A DNA stretch of 64,000 bases from an uncultured Muribaculaceae bacterium. Its GTDB lineage: Bacteria; Bacteroidota; Bacteroidia; Bacteroidales; Muribaculaceae. The notes below the pieces were generated by a model, which saw only the letters and a program-made list of their open reading frames with translations, was not told where the DNA came from and searched no databases. This document shows positions 59,862-64,000 of this stretch, one piece after another. The stretch is from contig CAUBWJ010000001.1 of assembly GCA_958439725.1 (NCBI GenBank), positions 107,944-171,943 on the forward strand. Reading direction: 5' to 3'. The stretch's first letter is position 1, and every line of letters starts with the position of its first letter. The translations under genes were made by a program, and so were the position numbers.

Positions 59862-60965
59862 ATGAAAATTTTTGCAATAGCAGCGGCAGTGGCGGCTGCG
59901 CTCGGCATTTCCGCCCAGGCTGCCGATGTTAATCCGGTAATGGTAGTCAAGACCGCCGCTTCGCCCGACACAATAAAATTTCTGGTGATGACCACCGCGC
60001 CCGACGAGCTCAAGCCCGATCCCGAGACGCGCCGTCAGCTCACGCTCCTTCCGGGTCAGACCGAGGCCGTCCTTTCCCCCGGTGAAACTGACGAAGAGCC
60101 CCTGCATTATCTGCTCTATCAGCAGACGCCCCAGGGCATGAGAACCGTAGGCGACATTTACCGTGCTCCGGGCCAGACCATAACCATAGACCTTTCGGCA
60201 GACCCGGCCACCGTAAGCGGCTCTCCCCTCATGGACAACATCAATGCCGCCCGTCAAAGTATTGCCCCCGCCATGAAAGCGATATCAGAGGCTGTCAAGG
60301 CACGCGACGAGGAAGCTTACCACAAAGCTGTTGAACAGACCCGCAAGGGCGCCGCTGACTTCATCCGCAATAATCCATCAAATCCGGGTTCCATCGAGCT
60401 GATGAATATACTCTCTTCCGATCAGATGGACGTGGCCGAAATGATTAAACCCGAGGCCAAAGAGGACATCAACGGCCCCATGTATGATTATTACATGAGC
60501 CGTTTCAAGGCCGCACAGCAGCGCAAAATCCAGGCCGAGAAAGTGGCTCCCGGCAAGCCCGCTCCCGATTTCAGCCTGCCCGACCCGACCGGCAAGATGG
60601 TGAGCCTCTCTTCGCTCAAAGGCAAATACGTGATGCTCGACTTCTGGGGCTCATGGTGCGGATGGTGCATCAAAGGCATTCCCCAGATGAAAGAGCAGTA
60701 CGAGCGTCTGAAGGACAAAGTGTACTTTGTGAGCATAGCCTGCAACGACTCCAAGCAGGCCTGGACCGCCGCCCTTGAGAAATATAACATGCCGTGGATT
60801 CAGCTCTGGAGCGACCCCGACATCCTCGCCACCGAATCGGTGATGACACTCTATGCCGTGGAAGGCTTCCCGACCAAATTCATCATCGGCCCCGACGGAA
60901 ACATCGTCAACAAAGTTGTCGGTGAAGACCCCTCGTTCTACGACCTCTTTGACAATCTGAAATAA
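59862..60965 (+). CDS. TlpA-like thiol:disulfide oxidoreductase
   Basis: Signal peptide, APDFSL, DFWGSWCGWC, GFPT. Confidence 0.9.
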   Translation: MKIFAIAAAVAAALGISAQAADVNPVMVVKTAASPDTIKFLVMTTAPDELKPDPETRRQLTLLPGQTEAVLSPGETDEEPLHYLLYQQTPQGMRTVGDIYRAPGQTITIDLSADPATVSGSPLMDNINAARQSIAPAMKAISEAVKARDEEAYHKAVEQTRKGAADFIRNNPSNPGSIELMNILSSDQMDVAEMIKPEAKEDINGPMYDYYMSRFKAAQQRKIQAEKVAPGKPAPDFSLPDPTGKMVSLSSLKGKYVMLDFWGSWCGWCIKGIPQMKEQYERLKDKVYFVSIACNDSKQAWTAALEKYNMPWIQLWSDPDILATESVMTLYAVEGFPTKFIIGPDGNIVNKVVGEDPSFYDLFDNLK

Positions 60966-61012
60966 CCGGGAATCTATCCCCGCATCAATACATTTATACA
61001 TACCATCGTTTT

Positions 61013-62101
61013 ATGTCTAAACTTCTGAATATACTCGCTCCCGCCGCCGTTCTGCTTCTGGCCGCGTCATGCTCTCGCTCCTCGGAGTGGCATGTGAAAG
61101 GCAACGTGGAAGGCGGTGCCGACAAGACCATGCTTCTCGAAGCATCCTCCAACGGACACTGGTACCCGATAGACACAGTGACAATCGCAAGCAACGGATC
61201 GTTCGAGGCATCACAGCCGGCCGCCGGCTATCCCGACATCTACCGTCTGAATCTCGACGGCAAGACCATCTACTTCCCCATTGACTCGATAGAGACCGTG
61301 ACGGTGAGCACCAAGGCCGGCGCATTCGATACAGACTATACTGTAGAAGGAACTGCCTCCGCCGACATGCTGATGAACGTTGACAACCGCATACAGCAGG
61401 CCATCAACGCCCATAATTCAGGCGATCTTACCGCCGACACCTCACTGAAGCATGACCTCACCGAGACTCTGCTGGCGGATCCCTCGGGAATCGTGGCATA
61501 TTATATCATCTGCAAGAGCGTAAACGGTCGCCCCATTTTCTCCCCTGCAGTGAAATCCGACCTCCGCATTATCGGCGCCGTTGCAAACGCCTACAGCGAG
61601 AAGCGTCCTGCCGACCCCCGCACCGCTTATCTGAAGAACCTTTTCCTGAGCAACAAGCCAAGAAACATAACAGTGAGCGATTCCATCACCGCCGGTGAGA
61701 TAGGATATTTCAACATCGACCTCTTTGACGCCCGCGGTCAGAAGCAGTCGCTTGAGGCCCTCGCCGAGAAGAAGCCTATGGTGCTCCTGAACTTCACCTC
61801 CTTCTCCGAGACCTTCTCCCCCGGACTGAACGTAACGCTCAACAAGCTTTACGACCGCTACTCATCGCAGGGTCTCGGTATCTATCAGGTGGCTCTTGAC
61901 TCCGATGAATACAAGTGGCGTCAGGCTGCCAAGAATCTACCCTGGATTTCAGTGTATAACTCTCAGGCCGAAGGCGAATCTGCACTCGTACAGTACAATG
62001 TTTATGTGCTCCCCACATTCTTCATCATCAAGGATGATACAGTGGCCGAGCGCATAACGAATCCCGCCGACCTCGAGAAAGCCGTGGCAAAATACTTCTG
62101 A
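61013..62101 (+). CDS. DUF4369/TlpA-like lipoprotein lacking the CxxC motif
   Basis: Lipobox LAASC, 'IYQVALD', 'LPWISV', 'YNV..LPTFF'; no CxxC. Confidence 0.75.
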   Translation: MSKLLNILAPAAVLLLAASCSRSSEWHVKGNVEGGADKTMLLEASSNGHWYPIDTVTIASNGSFEASQPAAGYPDIYRLNLDGKTIYFPIDSIETVTVSTKAGAFDTDYTVEGTASADMLMNVDNRIQQAINAHNSGDLTADTSLKHDLTETLLADPSGIVAYYIICKSVNGRPIFSPAVKSDLRIIGAVANAYSEKRPADPRTAYLKNLFLSNKPRNITVSDSITAGEIGYFNIDLFDARGQKQSLEALAEKKPMVLLNFTSFSETFSPGLNVTLNKLYDRYSSQGLGIYQVALDSDEYKWRQAAKNLPWISVYNSQAEGESALVQYNVYVLPTFFIIKDDTVAERITNPADLEKAVAKYF

Positions 62102-62110
62102 TAAAGAATT

Positions 62111-63079
62111 TCAAATATGGCGTTTGAGCCATGCGATGCTCCGCAGCCCCACACGGTTGCGGAGCATTTTTTCATACCCCTTCCCCTTCAGCGTGAGCTT
62201 CGCACCCGTTTCCCTCACCGCTTCTACCGCCTGAGTTGCCACCAGTTCGCTTCCCGAGGCGGCCGCGCATCCCAGCATATATCCGGCCATATCGTTCAGT
62301 CCGCGGATAACCCGCGGCTCATTTCGCAGTCCGTAAGCCTGCGCGAGATGATGCACGGCCCGGCACAGGCCGGCGGCGAACAGCGCTCGGCGCTCCGGAT
62401 CGGGGGTGCGCGTGATTGAAGCTGGCGCGGGAGTATAATCAAGGGTCACAGCCGGGTCAAAAGCTACATCGCCCGCAGCGAGCAGAGCAAGCATCACGGG
62501 AAGGTCCTCGCAACGGAAGCGCGGGTCGCAGACCGCGCCCGGATTGTCGCGCATCAGTTTCGTGAGAATGCTTCGGCGGTACATCATTGCCGAAAGCATC
62601 ATGGAGGTGGGCCGGTCAAGAGCCAGAAGAGAGGTCATCGTATCGCGGGAGGAGGCCTGCGACACATCGGCTCCGTTTACGCTTCCGCCATCCTTCCAGC
62701 GCGAACTTACAGCAACCAGTGCAGGCGCGGAATCAAGCATGGCGGCGTGACGTGAAAGCGCTGAAGGGTCGCAACGGCAGTCATCACCCGCCACATCGGT
62801 CACGTATCTGCCGCAGCAATGCTCCAGAGCATAAAAATAGTTTGCCGGGATACCTAAATTAGAATGAACAGGAAGGAGCCGCACACGGTCGGGATATCGT
62901 ACGGCAATGCTTTCCAGGAGTTCTCGGGTGCCGTCAGTGGAACCGTCGTCGGAAATCACCACCTCATACTCCACACCCCGGCTCTCAAGCACACTCATCA
63001 CCGCCCTCTCGGCCGTAGAAACCTGATTATACGTGAGCACTATCACCGAAACCGCAGGCTCTTCTATCCGCTCTTTCAT
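62111..63079 (-). CDS. Glycosyltransferase family 2
   Basis: SVIVLTYN, DDGSTDGT, NLG, GDD, CED. Confidence 0.88.
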   Translation of the reverse strand: MKERIEEPAVSVIVLTYNQVSTAERAVMSVLESRGVEYEVVISDDGSTDGTRELLESIAVRYPDRVRLLPVHSNLGIPANYFYALEHCCGRYVTDVAGDDCRCDPSALSRHAAMLDSAPALVAVSSRWKDGGSVNGADVSQASSRDTMTSLLALDRPTSMMLSAMMYRRSILTKLMRDNPGAVCDPRFRCEDLPVMLALLAAGDVAFDPAVTLDYTPAPASITRTPDPERRALFAAGLCRAVHHLAQAYGLRNEPRVIRGLNDMAGYMLGCAAASGSELVATQAVEAVRETGAKLTLKGKGYEKMLRNRVGLRSIAWLKRHI

Positions 63080-64000
63080 TCTATATGCGATATCATATCA
63101 ACAAAAGCGGGGCGAAGCATCGCGGCATTGAAGTCGCTATTCCAGCGGGAAAGAGCCGCCTCACGCATCGCCTCGGAACGGAAATCACTGTCGAGATAAG
63201 GTGCTATTCCTCTCACGAACTCCTCATCGATGGAATCCGGCGAAAGCAGAAGCCCGCACTCATCGTTAACCACCTCATTGAGGGCCTCCACATCTGTGGC
63301 AACAACCGGCACACCGTAGGCAAGGGCCTCGCACACGGCTACAGCCCGGCCTCCCTCATGGAGACTCAGAATCATGAACCAGTCCACGGCCTCGTCGCGA
63401 TAAATTCTCTGAACCCCGGCGTTGGGAAGGGCTCCGCGCAGTTCCACCTCAAGATTGGGAGGACAATCCTTCACAGCCTCGCGCACTGCCGCCATAGTGG
63501 GACCGTCACCCACATGGATCCAGCGGATTGCCGTGTCGGGGCGCGCGACCGCAAGGGCTCTGAGCAGACGCGCGTTCATCTCCACCCGTTTGTTCTCATC
63601 CACGCGTGATACGGAAAGAAACGTAAACCGCCGGTCAGCGCGCTTATGCCGCGCGGCAACAGTCTCAGGATACAATTTAAGACATCCTAAAGTCGACACC
63701 CTGACTTTATCATCGGCAGAAGCCTTCGGACACGTCCGTTTCAGATAGTCGGCTCCGGCCTGACTTGCGGCATAGACCGCTTCCGCCTCACGGATCATCC
63801 GGTGGCGGAGCCTCCCGCCAAGAACGGTAAACAAGTCATGGCCATGCGCGCGAGAGACAAAACGGATTTCCGGATGGTCAGCCTTCAGCAACGCAAGCGC
63901 CGCCGCGGGAAAATCGAACCAGAAGGTGTAGAACAGCGTGTTTTCCCACGAAAGGCCCCGCTCCCCCACCATACGGCACAGAAAAGCGGCAAAAGCCCGC
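63076..64000 (-). CDS. Glycosyltransferase family 4 (partial; 5' end outside the window)
   Basis: 'SRAHGHDL', 'KR', 'EG......EALAYGVPVVATDV'; frame open to the window edge. Confidence 0.85.
   Translation of the reverse strand, partial: RAFAAFLCRMVGERGLSWENTLFYTFWFDFPAAALALLKADHPEIRFVSRAHGHDLFTVLGGRLRHRMIREAEAVYAASQAGADYLKRTCPKASADDKVRVSTLGCLKLYPETVAARHKRADRRFTFLSVSRVDENKRVEMNARLLRALAVARPDTAIRWIHVGDGPTMAAVREAVKDCPPNLEVELRGALPNAGVQRIYRDEAVDWFMILSLHEGGRAVAVCEALAYGVPVVATDVEALNEVVNDECGLLLSPDSIDEEFVRGIAPYLDSDFRSEAMREAALSRWNSDFNAAMLRPAFVDMISHIE

Overview
Chromosomal segment of a Bacteroidales bacterium. It looks Muribaculaceae-like: moderately high GC, TTTG-N19-21-TAnnTTTG promoters and no Shine-Dalgarno sites. 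Most of it is housekeeping: mnmA, rsmE, kdsA, recR, primary sigma factor, queA, parAB, mltD, gdhA, fbp, rseP, dxr, ompA, pgm, ndk, recG, ispD, coaD, parE and glycosyltransferases. Accessory parts are a type V pilus operon at the left end, an orphan YolD-like gene, a low-GC KilA-N cassette with two membrane proteins, and an Abi_2/AbiF HEPN nuclease gene. The most notable signal is a short hairpin RNA with its own consensus promoter, transcribed antisense within the leader of the AbiF gene; it is a candidate type III toxin-antitoxin RNA. A second, orphan look-alike of this RNA lies 25 kb away with its own promoter but no toxin gene beside it. Several intergenic regions carry REP/REPIN-like palindromic repeats. 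I found no tRNA, rRNA, CRISPR array, integrase or transposase. Product calls come from motif recognition by eye, not from database searches.
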